The notes under the pieces: generated by a model | Told to the model about the DNA's origin: nothing | Databases searched by the model: none | Seen by the model: only the letters and a program-made list of their open reading frames with translations | DNA from: Gammaproteobacteria bacterium Ga0077536 | GTDB lineage: Bacteria > Pseudomonadota > Gammaproteobacteria > Ga0077536 | NCBI GenBank assembly: GCA_001464935.1 | Contig: LNEL01000046.1 | Location: 3,590 to 67,589, forward strand | Length of the DNA: 64,000 bases | Direction: 5' to 3' | In this document: piece by piece, positions 10,517-18,895 of the stretch | Numbering within the stretch: position 1 is the stretch's first letter | How the letters are laid out: the number at the start of each line of letters is the position of its first letter | Made by a program: the position numbers and the translations under genes

Positions 10517-11620
10517 TCAACCCTTGAGCCAGGCAGGCGCGCCGGGGCGTTTGATCGGCCGGCCGCCAATCATGGCGCCGGCACCGACCGCCTTCGAACG
10601 CACGGGGCGCGTGCGGCCGGGATCGGCGAGATGCATGAACGCGTCGAGCGAGCGCCGGATGCGGGCTTCCGGGAGACCGTCGACGATGAACACGAGGCGC
10701 GACAGTCGCGCATCTTCGCGCCAGCGGGCGAGATGCAACGGCGGATGCACGACGTGCTGCACGCCGTGGACAGCGACCGGCCCGGCCGCGCCGGCGACGT
10801 GCAGCAGACCCTTCACGCGCAGGATGCGCGTGCCGTGCGCGTGCAACAGCATCGTCAGCCAGATCCCGAACACCGTCCAGTCGAGCGCCTCGAAACGCAG
10901 CCATGAAAACGACTGCAAGCCGCCTGCGTCCGGCGCCGCGCCGTGCCGCAGCGGTTCGCGCAGCCAGCGCAGCGCCTGCGGCAACGTCGCTCCCGGATCG
11001 TGTTCGACGTCCGCGAGGAGTGCTGCCGGTGCGAGCCCCGCAGCGCCCGAATGGATCGCCGCGACGCCCGGATTGAGTCGGGCCACGAGGGCGTCCGTCG
11101 CCGCAATCTCGGCGGGGGTCGCGAGGTCGACTTTCGTGATCACCACGCGATCGGCGAGCGCGAGCTGCCGTTGCGCTTCGGGATGACGGGCAAGCGTCGG
11201 GCCCGCATGCTGGGCATCGACGGTGACGAGCGTGCCGTGGAACGTGAGCGCCGTGGTCACGCGCGGATCGGACTTCAACGTGTGCACGATCGGCACCGGA
11301 TCGGCCAGGCCACTGGTTTCGATGATCAGACGCCGGAACGCCGGCAAGGTGCCGGCCGCGCGACGTTCGATCAGCCGCCCGATGGTCACCGCGAGATCCT
11401 CACGCACCGTGCAGCACACGCAGCCACCCTGCAGCACGACGGTTTCCTCGTCCGCGCTCTCCAGCAGATGATGGTCGAGCCCCGCCTGCCCGAACTCGTT
11501 GACGATCACCGCTGTGTCGACGAAGTCCGGGTGACGCAACAGCGTGCGCAACAGCGAGGTCTTGCCGCTGCCGAGAAAGCCCGTGAGCACGTACAGCGGC
11601 AGGCGCTCGCCCGCGCTCAT
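10517..11620 (-). CDS. CobW/COG0523 GTPase metallochaperone
   Basis: LTGFLGSGKT, VNEFG, GGCVCC, ETSGLADP, ITKVD and a CobW_C region with LRVKG..HGVQH. Confidence 0.92.
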   Translation of the reverse strand: MSAGERLPLYVLTGFLGSGKTSLLRTLLRHPDFVDTAVIVNEFGQAGLDHHLLESADEETVVLQGGCVCCTVREDLAVTIGRLIERRAAGTLPAFRRLIIETSGLADPVPIVHTLKSDPRVTTALTFHGTLVTVDAQHAGPTLARHPEAQRQLALADRVVITKVDLATPAEIAATDALVARLNPGVAAIHSGAAGLAPAALLADVEHDPGATLPQALRWLREPLRHGAAPDAGGLQSFSWLRFEALDWTVFGIWLTMLLHAHGTRILRVKGLLHVAGAAGPVAVHGVQHVVHPPLHLARWREDARLSRLVFIVDGLPEARIRRSLDAFMHLADPGRTRPVRSKAVGAGAMIGGRPIKRPGAPAWLKG

Positions 11621-11943
11621 CGCGGCGCGGCCTCGAGCCGCGCGAGGAGGCCGTCGTCGAGCGGGTCGCAGACGGCACCGGACAGTCGCTCGGCGGCCGC
11701 CCAGATTCCGTTCAGGTGATACACGCTCTCGGATTTGCCGGCCGCATTCTCGAGCACGTACGACGACGCGCCCCAGTCCTTCAGGGTCAGGCCGAAGGTC
11801 TCGAGCACGCCGTTCGCGAGCTGCGCACGGCGCGCATGCTCGTGACGCTGCGACACTTTCGTGCCGTCCGCTTCGAACTCGGGCCGGCCGGCGGCGTCGG
11901 TCCAGTAACGGCTGCTGCCGAGCACGGCACACAGGGCACACAT
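11617..11943 (-). CDS. Small conserved protein with N-terminal CxxC (MCALCAVLG...CDPLD)
   Basis: Stop overlaps the CobW start; GGGAGAG RBS upstream; Cys motif. Confidence 0.7.
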   Translation of the reverse strand: MCALCAVLGSSRYWTDAAGRPEFEADGTKVSQRHEHARRAQLANGVLETFGLTLKDWGASSYVLENAAGKSESVYHLNGIWAAAERLSGAVCDPLDDGLLARLEAAPR

Positions 11944-11959
11944 CGCTGCTCTCCCGCGC

Positions 11960-12871
11960 TCAGGCCGGCATGTAGTCGGCCGGAAACTCCGGCCGCCGGC
12001 CTTCGTAGTAGGGCAGCACGTCGACACGCGGCGTATGCAGGCCGTCGGCGATCACCTGGCGCGTGTGCGCCGCGACCTGCTCACCGGTCGCGAACCACAC
12101 GTCGCCCTTCGCCTTCATCTCCCTGATCATGTCGCGCACCATCATCAGGCGCGCGACCTGTCCGCTGCAGAACGGATGGAAGCAGTTGACCCAGAATCCG
12201 TTGTACTCCCACATGGCCTCGAACTCGGCCATGTAGACCTCTTTCGCGCGCTGCGGCGACTGGATCGGCATCATGTAGTCGAGATCGGCGTTGTGCACGA
12301 ACTGCGGCCAGTCATCGAGCTGGATGTTGCCCGGCAGTTCGATCAGATCACCCTTGTCGCATTTGATCAGGTGCGGTACATCAGCGCCCATCAGCGAGCA
12401 GTCCCAGGTGAAGCCCTCTTCAATCAGGATCTCGAGCGAATACTTCGAGAACTTGTACCACGGCGCGCGGTAGCCGACGGGCCGCTTGCCCGTGATGCTC
12501 GCGAGGGCGTCCACACCGCGCTTCGTCCAGTAGCGCTCCTTGTCGCGCGTCATCTCGTTCGGATACTCGTGCAGGTACCCGTGATGCGCGACTTCGTGGC
12601 CTTCGGCGATCATCATCTTCACCGCTTCCGGATACTGCTCGGCGCACCAGCCGGGCACGAAGAAGCTGTGCTTCACGCCGAGCTCGTCGAGCACGCCGAG
12701 AATGCGCTCGACGGCGATCAGCGGGCCGTAGCGCAGCATCGAAGCGGTCGAGATCCGGGTGTCCGCATCGTTCGGATGCGCGAGATGCAGGATGCTGTCC
12801 GCATCCATGTCCCAGGTGAAGGTCACCGCGCAGCGCGCGCCGTTGGGCCAGGGGACGGGATTCTTGATCAT
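11960..12871 (-). CDS. Polysaccharide deacetylase family (PuuE/PgdA-like amidohydrolase)
   Basis: WPNGARCAVTFTWDMD, FFVPGW, HHGYLHE, GYRAP, DDWPQF and HPF motifs. Confidence 0.9.
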   Translation of the reverse strand: MIKNPVPWPNGARCAVTFTWDMDADSILHLAHPNDADTRISTASMLRYGPLIAVERILGVLDELGVKHSFFVPGWCAEQYPEAVKMMIAEGHEVAHHGYLHEYPNEMTRDKERYWTKRGVDALASITGKRPVGYRAPWYKFSKYSLEILIEEGFTWDCSLMGADVPHLIKCDKGDLIELPGNIQLDDWPQFVHNADLDYMMPIQSPQRAKEVYMAEFEAMWEYNGFWVNCFHPFCSGQVARLMMVRDMIREMKAKGDVWFATGEQVAAHTRQVIADGLHTPRVDVLPYYEGRRPEFPADYMPA

Positions 12872-12944
12872 GACGGAGCTCCTTCGATGGTGACGCGCTG
12901 ATGCGCGCCGGAAAATTCAGGGGTGGCGGAACGCACGACAGCGC

Positions 12945-14099
12945 TCACGCGACGCCCCAGCGCCGCGCGAGGTCGACATAGATGTCGCGCGCGGCGCACA
13001 GGCTGTCGATCGCACACCATTCGTCGGTCTGATGCGCCATGCCGGCTTCACCGGGCCCGAGGATCACGGTGGGCACGCCGCCGAAGGCCGGCGTCAGCAC
13101 TGACGCGTCGGTGAAATACGGCGCGCTGCGCGGCTGCGGGCGCTCGCCGAGATGGCTCGCGAGCAGGTCGAACACGCTGACCACCCACGGCTGTGCGGCA
13201 TCGGTGTAGATGCCGGGCAGGTCCAGCAGCGGCTCGAGCTCGACGTCATCACCGAGACAGTGCCGCAGTTCGTGCAACACGCGCTGGTGGCCCTGCTCGG
13301 GCAGCGTGCGGATATCTATCTCGAGAATCGCCTCGTCCGGCACCATGTTGACGTTCACACCACCGTGCAGGGTGCCGACGTTTAGCGTCGGCAGGCCCAG
13401 CGCTTCACTACGGTGAACCTTGAAGCGGAACGCCGCGAGCTTCTGCACGGCATTCGCCGCCTTGTAGACGGCATTGACGCCGAGGTGGGGCATCGCGCCA
13501 TGGGCCGCCACGCCCGTGGTCCGCGCCCGCAGCCACAGTGCCCCGCGATGACCGAGCAGCGGGTAGTTGCCGGTCGGCTCGCCGACGACTATCGCGCCCG
13601 CCTGGCCCAGCGCATCGCCGCAGCTCGCCAGGTGCTGCGCACCCTGGCAACCTGATTCTTCGGAGGCGGTCAGCACCAACGTAAGGCCGGGCCCGCGGCC
13701 CGCATGCGGGGCCAGTTCGAGCGCCGCGCAGACCATCGCGGCGATCCCGCCTTTCATGTCAGCGCTGCCGCGACCGTACAGGCGGCCGTCCTCGATCTCG
13801 CCGCCGAACGGCGCCTTCGACCATGGCTGCGCGCCGAGCGGCACGGTGTCGAGGTGGCCAGTGAAACACAGCGGCGCGCGATCAGCGCGGCCGGTGAGCG
13901 TCGCGACCAGGTTGGTGCGGCCCGGCGCATGTTCGAAAGCCTGCACGTGCAGGCCGCCACCTTCGAGCAGGCCCGCGAGGTGCAGCGCGCAGGCGCGCTC
14001 CGGGCTCTGTGCGTTCACCGTGTCGTAGCGCACCAGGGCCTGGGTGAGGCCGACGACATCGGGCAACGCCGGCGTCTGCGCCGGCATCGGCACGCTCAT
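12945..14099 (-). CDS. M20 family metallopeptidase/amidohydrolase (ArgE/DapE-like)
   Basis: GHLDTVP, GRGSADMKGG, SEE, GEPT and AHQTDE motifs; start overlaps the RidA stop. Confidence 0.92.
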   Translation of the reverse strand: MSVPMPAQTPALPDVVGLTQALVRYDTVNAQSPERACALHLAGLLEGGGLHVQAFEHAPGRTNLVATLTGRADRAPLCFTGHLDTVPLGAQPWSKAPFGGEIEDGRLYGRGSADMKGGIAAMVCAALELAPHAGRGPGLTLVLTASEESGCQGAQHLASCGDALGQAGAIVVGEPTGNYPLLGHRGALWLRARTTGVAAHGAMPHLGVNAVYKAANAVQKLAAFRFKVHRSEALGLPTLNVGTLHGGVNVNMVPDEAILEIDIRTLPEQGHQRVLHELRHCLGDDVELEPLLDLPGIYTDAAQPWVVSVFDLLASHLGERPQPRSAPYFTDASVLTPAFGGVPTVILGPGEAGMAHQTDEWCAIDSLCAARDIYVDLARRWGVA

Positions 14100-14512
14100 T
14101 CGGGCAGCACGGCGATGGCCTCGGCCTCGATCAGGGCATCCGCGTAGATCAGGCCCGCCACACGCACCGCGGTCGCTGCCGGCCCCGGCGCACGCAGGAA
14201 CTCCATGCGCACGCGCGTCATCTTCTCCCAGAATTCCTTGACCGCCGCCGGCGTGCCGTCGAACACGTAGTAGGTGTTCAGCTTCACGACGTGTCGCCAA
14301 TCGGCGCCAGCCTCGGCCAGCACCTTCGAGATGTTGCCGAAGACGTTGCGCGTCTGCGTTTCGATGTCGCCGACACCGATGATGTTGCCCTCGCCGTCCG
14401 CTGACATCTGACCGCCGACGAGAATGACGCGACCGAGCTGCCAGCCCTGTGACATGGCCACCGGCATCGACCAGTACCAGTGATCCTGCGGTTCGAGACG
14501 TTTGACGATCAT
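14096..14512 (-). CDS. RidA/YjgF family protein
   Basis: GGQMS..GDIETQTRNVF..VVKLNTY..PAATAVRV..LIEAEAIA; ATGA-coupled to the beta-subunit gene. Confidence 0.88.
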   Translation of the reverse strand: MIVKRLEPQDHWYWSMPVAMSQGWQLGRVILVGGQMSADGEGNIIGVGDIETQTRNVFGNISKVLAEAGADWRHVVKLNTYYVFDGTPAAVKEFWEKMTRVRMEFLRAPGPAATAVRVAGLIYADALIEAEAIAVLPE

Positions 14513-15495
14513 GCCGGCTGCACCCCGCAGGCCTGCTGCAGTTCACGCAGACCACGCTTCACCGCGGCGGCCGCCTCTGGCACGCCCGGCAGTGCCGCGC
14601 ACCAGGCGTCGATCGCCGTGTCCGCCAGCGGCTGCCAGCGCGCGAGGATCGTCGCGATCGCCGCGTCGTTCGGCGCGTGCTGCAAGGTGAGCGCGACGAG
14701 GGCCTGGGTCCAGCGCTGCGAACGCTCGCTGTCGCGCCACTCGGCTTCGAGCAGCATCGCCGTCAGCGTGTCACCGGCATCGCGCGCGGCGCGTGCGAGC
14801 TGGCGGCAGCGGCACAGATCGAAGGCCGGCTTGGCGACGACGTTCAGGGCGATCACGTGTTCGCCCCAGTCGTAGGTCGCGAGCAGCTTCTCAAGCAGTT
14901 CGCGAAAGCCCTGCCATGCCGGGTCGTCCTCCCACAGCGCGCGCTCGGCGCCGAAGCCGAGATCGGGGCAGGCCACCTGCAGTTCGCGCGTGCGATAGGC
15001 CAGCCGGCTGATCCATCGATACTGATCGGCGCCCTGGAAGGCCGCGCAGTTCGTGATCGTGCTGGCGGGTGCCATCTGTACGACATAGGCCGCCGCCATC
15101 TGCAACGCATGCAGTGGATAGCGGGCGGCGGTATACAGCCGCGGCAAGCCCTTCAGCCATGCCGGGTCGAGTGCCAGATCGTGCTCGTTGCGCGCGTGTT
15201 CCTCGAGCAGACCGTCGACATATTCCTCGTGTCCGTCCTGCAGCACGTTGTACTGGCGGTAGATCAGTTCGTCCGGATCGCGGAAGGCGTCCCAGTCCGG
15301 ATGCTGCAGCACGCTGCCGCCGACGTGTTCGCGGTAGAAGCGGTTCATGAAGAGCTCGGGCGAGAGTTCGTAGGCATAGCCCGGATGTCGCGTGCGCGTG
15401 TGCAGGTTGTAGCTGACGACTTCGTATTCGGTCGGCCGGCGCCGGCCGCCGGCGAGCGTCGTCCAGGTCTTCAGGCCGTTGGTCGCTGTGTTCAT
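14509..15495 (-). CDS. Aromatic/alkene soluble diiron monooxygenase hydroxylase beta subunit (TmoE-like)
   Basis: LKTW..RRRPTEYEVVSYNLH, DWDAFRDPDEL.YRQY, RYPLHALQM..QMAPASTITNCAAFQ, WEDDPAWQGFRELLEK. Confidence 0.92.
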   Translation of the reverse strand: MNTATNGLKTWTTLAGGRRRPTEYEVVSYNLHTRTRHPGYAYELSPELFMNRFYREHVGGSVLQHPDWDAFRDPDELIYRQYNVLQDGHEEYVDGLLEEHARNEHDLALDPAWLKGLPRLYTAARYPLHALQMAAAYVVQMAPASTITNCAAFQGADQYRWISRLAYRTRELQVACPDLGFGAERALWEDDPAWQGFRELLEKLLATYDWGEHVIALNVVAKPAFDLCRCRQLARAARDAGDTLTAMLLEAEWRDSERSQRWTQALVALTLQHAPNDAAIATILARWQPLADTAIDAWCAALPGVPEAAAAVKRGLRELQQACGVQPA

Positions 15496-15526
15496 CGGTG
15501 ACTCCGCATGGCGTGGGTGGGCGCGC

Positions 15527-15832
15527 TCAGGCCGCGGCGGGCGCGCTGTTCAGCACGAAGCGGACCGAGTCAGTGCTCGTGCGGATGAAACCGGCAAAGC
15601 CCGGCATGTTCACTTCGAGCTCCCGCATCTGGAACGGGCGGCCCAGCATTCGTTCGATAGTCGCGCGATGAATCACGCATTCCTGTTCGACGCGCACGCG
15701 CAGATAGGAGGTGTGCTCGACGATCAGGATCTCCTTGCCCGGATTGTCCTCGCGGATGGCGTCGATCACGGCGTCTGCTATCTCGCCCTGGCGCAACACC
15801 GGGCCGGCGTATTTCTTCGTGGCTGCATTCAT
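15527..15832 (-). CDS. Monooxygenase effector/coupling protein (MmoB/DmpM, TmoD-like)
   Basis: GPVLRQGEIADAVIDAIREDNPGKEI..YLRV..LGRPFQMRELEVNMPGFAG. Confidence 0.92.
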   Translation of the reverse strand: MNAATKKYAGPVLRQGEIADAVIDAIREDNPGKEILIVEHTSYLRVRVEQECVIHRATIERMLGRPFQMRELEVNMPGFAGFIRTSTDSVRFVLNSAPAAA

Positions 15833-15843
15833 CTCGGGTTCCT

Positions 15844-16185
15844 TCAGGTCAGACTGGCCACCGCGCCGGGCGCAACGGCCGACAGGTCGACATAGACGTC
15901 GTCACCATCGACTTCGACGGGATAGGCGATCAGGGCGCAGCGCTTGGGATTGACGCCGGCGCCGGTCGCCGCATCGAAGCGCCAGCGGTGCGCGCTGCAG
16001 GTGATCACGCCATCGTCGAAGCTGCCGTCGATCAGGGCCACCGCCTGGTGCGGGCAGCGCGGGTGATAGGCGCGCACGCCGGCGGCGGTGTTCACCACCA
16101 GCACTTCGACGTCGCCAGCGGTGAGCACGCGCATTTCGCCTTCCCACACGTCGTCGAGGGTGCAGACTTTCAGGCGCGCGCTCAT
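15844..16185 (-). CDS. Rieske [2Fe-2S] ferredoxin (TmoC-like)
   Basis: KVCTLDDVWEGEM, CPHQ and CSAHRWRFD...TG.GVNP motifs. Confidence 0.93.
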   Translation of the reverse strand: MSARLKVCTLDDVWEGEMRVLTAGDVEVLVVNTAAGVRAYHPRCPHQAVALIDGSFDDGVITCSAHRWRFDAATGAGVNPKRCALIAYPVEVDGDDVYVDLSAVAPGAVASLT

Positions 16186-16472
16186 GCGTCGTTCCGTACC
16201 GCCGCGAGCACGCGCGGTTCGCGATAGATTTCGATCGTCTCGAGTTCGATGAAGCCGGCTTCGGCGACGGTCAGGGTCGGCGGCAGCGGCTCGGTCGCGT
16301 CCGGCAGGCGCACGCGCAGCCGCTCCGTCGGCGCCACCGGGCGCACGACGACGCCGGCGAGCAGGTCGGCGGCCACGGCACACACGTCGTCCATCGTCGA
16401 ACTGCGGTCGACCATCAGCACCTTGAAGCCGTAGTCGCCCTCGAATCCACATACCACTGGAAAGTTGCTCAT
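16182..16472 (-). CDS. Monooxygenase hydroxylase gamma subunit (TmoB-like)
   Basis: FPVVCGFEGDY..VDRSSTMDDV..LRVR..LP..LTVAEAG pattern; position between alpha subunit and ferredoxin. Confidence 0.85.
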   Translation of the reverse strand: MSNFPVVCGFEGDYGFKVLMVDRSSTMDDVCAVAADLLAGVVVRPVAPTERLRVRLPDATEPLPPTLTVAEAGFIELETIEIYREPRVLAAVRNDA

Positions 16473-16491
16473 GCCGGGTTCCTCTTCCGGG

Positions 16492-17994
16492 TCAGGTGCC
16501 CGTTGCGCGGCGGGTCGTCAGCGCGTCGTCATAGGCTTCGACCCACGCGTAGTTCGTGCCCTCGATGCCATACTCCTCCGGCGCCATGTTCATGTGTTCC
16601 ATCACGCCGTCGGGCGCGACGATGCCCTGCGCGACGCGATCGATCAGGCTCAGGTGACCGGCATAGCGCTCCGGCTCCTGCTCGAAGATCCATTTGTCGA
16701 CGACCGACTGGAAGTGATAGCGACGCCCCTGGTAGTCGAGCGTGTGATCCTTGAGGTTCCACTTCCTGCCGGGCACGCCGGTCAGCTCGAGGCCGTGCAT
16801 GTTGCACAGCATGGGCAGGGTCTTCGGGATCGTGCTGTCGAGGCGGCCGGCGCGGATGTTCTCGATGATCACGTCCCAGACCTGGCCGAAGGTGTCGTTC
16901 CAGCCCGGGTATTTCTCCTCGAGCCAGGCGCGCTCAGCGGGATTGGTGCCGGCAATCGGGTGCCACCATTCGGTCGGGCGGTACAGGTAGATGCCGAGCT
17001 GCTGGGCGTGATGGAAGACTTCGATGTCTTCGAGCAGCAGATCCCAGTACCAGGGCTTCTCCATGCCCATGTCTTCGAGCTTGGCGACGAACTGGTCGAG
17101 GATCCACTCGTTCATGAATTCCTTGAACGAGCCTTCGCGCTTGTCGAGCGGGGTGTAGTAATCCATGCAGGTGCCTGACAGTGCCGAGAACTGCTTCCAG
17201 CAACGCCAGAACGAGATGTCGATGAGCTTCTGGGCCTCGGCCTTGCGACCGCTGTCGATCATCATCTTCAGCAAGGGTTCGCCGATCTGCGCGTGGCGCG
17301 CCTCGTCGGACTGGATTGACTGCAGCATCGTGGAGAAGCTGAAGTCGCCGCAGTTCGCGGCATCCGCCGACAGCGCGATGAACTGCAGGTTGGTGAACGC
17401 GGTCTCGAACGCGAAATTCGTCATGATCGCAGCGCTGATCGCGTCGCGCGTGTGCTCGAGGTCGTCGAAGGTGTGACGTTCGCTGATGATCACCCAGTTG
17501 TCGGTACGCGGCGCCTTCTGCGCCCAGTCGAAGGTGCGACTCTTCGCGAGATATTCATAGGCGAAATACAGATGCACCTGCGCGTGGCGCATTTCATCGA
17601 GACTGCCGAAGGTCGCCATGTTGCGCATGCCCGGCGCACGACCGAAGCGCGTCATGCGCGCGAAGGCTGACACCGAGTGGTATTCGAGAAAGCTCACGGC
17701 GCCGAAATGCATCTGCAACAGCGCCTTCCAGCCCGGTGACGCATTCTCGTACATCTGCGAGCGGGCCAGCGCCGCCTTCACCGAATAGGCGCCGACGTCC
17801 TTCTCACGCTGCGTCTTCACGTAGTCGCGGTACGTGACCTTGTACGGTTCATCGAAGGTCTCGAGCAGTTCGAGCGGCATCTCGAGCACGTCACTCAGCT
17901 CTTTCGGGAACAGGGCCTGCTCGGAGACGTAACGCGGCGTCCAGTTGGTGTCGCGCGCGATGTCGTACCAGTCTTCGCTGTTCAACAGGGCCAT
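16492..17994 (-). CDS. Soluble diiron monooxygenase hydroxylase alpha subunit (TmoA/TouA/IsoA group)
   Basis: 500 aa from MALLNSEDWYDIARDTNWTP; diiron motifs LEY, DEMRH, FETAFTN, DEARH; WLEEKYPGWNDTFG; C-terminal YHS-like region. Confidence 0.95.
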   Translation of the reverse strand: MALLNSEDWYDIARDTNWTPRYVSEQALFPKELSDVLEMPLELLETFDEPYKVTYRDYVKTQREKDVGAYSVKAALARSQMYENASPGWKALLQMHFGAVSFLEYHSVSAFARMTRFGRAPGMRNMATFGSLDEMRHAQVHLYFAYEYLAKSRTFDWAQKAPRTDNWVIISERHTFDDLEHTRDAISAAIMTNFAFETAFTNLQFIALSADAANCGDFSFSTMLQSIQSDEARHAQIGEPLLKMMIDSGRKAEAQKLIDISFWRCWKQFSALSGTCMDYYTPLDKREGSFKEFMNEWILDQFVAKLEDMGMEKPWYWDLLLEDIEVFHHAQQLGIYLYRPTEWWHPIAGTNPAERAWLEEKYPGWNDTFGQVWDVIIENIRAGRLDSTIPKTLPMLCNMHGLELTGVPGRKWNLKDHTLDYQGRRYHFQSVVDKWIFEQEPERYAGHLSLIDRVAQGIVAPDGVMEHMNMAPEEYGIEGTNYAWVEAYDDALTTRRATGT

Positions 17995-18103
17995 CGTGCC
18001 TTCTCCTCTCGCGGGTTGGTCGGGCAGGCGGGTGGACACTCGTCGACCGGCCTGGTCGCCCGGGGTGCACGCGGCGACAGTGTATTCAACTCGGTTTCTG
18101 TAT

Positions 18104-18119
18104 AGCGAAAGCTGTGCCA
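18104..18119 (-). promoter_or_regulatory. Sigma54 (-24/-12) promoter of the monooxygenase operon
   Basis: Minus strand TGGCACAGCTTTCGCT = GG-N10-GC with TGGCAC head, about 110 bp upstream of the alpha-subunit start. Confidence 0.7.
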
Positions 18120-18895
18120 TGCCGCGGACAAAAGCGCCAAAGCCTATAAAAACCGTGCCTTGGCGCGATTTCCCCGGCGGACGCGGCGCGGCGGCCCGCT
18201 GCCGGACGCACCGCTCGCGTGCGACAGGGCAGCGCGGGAGTTTATTTTCGTGCAACTCGCTTTCCGGCCGTGCCGGCCGCAACCGGCGCGCTCGCCCCTG
18301 GCTGGCGGCCTGAGGTGGACGAGACCGCCCGCGTCACCGGGCCTGATTCCCGCACAGGCAGTTCCGCGCGGCGGGGCACCCGCGGTCTTGCGTCTGCGTC
18401 GCCCGCACACATCGCACAGCGGCGCGCGCCACCGGGCTGACGTCCCGTCGTTGACGGCGTGTCGCGGCCTGAGCGGTCAGCGCGCCGCTGAACACGAGGC
18501 GCCATCTCCATGGCGAAGCGACGTGCACCGTCAGCGTGGTGCACGTGACTTCGACTGGTGCAATTTCGCCGCGATGTCGCCGATGAGGTGCGAGGCACGT
18601 CGCATGCACCCGAGCGCGATGCACGCATCATTGCATCCAGACGCGCGCCGACATGTCGCAATCGGCAGTGCATTGCACATTTCTTGATCGAGCCTTCAGC
18701 TGTCCTGCGCCGGGCGTTTTTTACAAACGCATGAATTGATTCGTGTTGCACGAGTGGATCGATTCATGCACCTGTCCTCGCCGATCGCTGATTACCGGCG
18801 AGTGTTCAAAAAGTAGTGCGGCAGGGAATGCGAGCAGTGACGCGGCGTCATTTTGGCGCATCTCGCGAAGGGGCTCGCATCAATCGGAGGGTTTG

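Noticed and set aside
14509-17994. Assigning tmo/iso gene symbols or toluene/isoprene as substrate
   Set aside because: Pocket residues and gene context differ (no reductase, no catechol or isoGHIJ genes).
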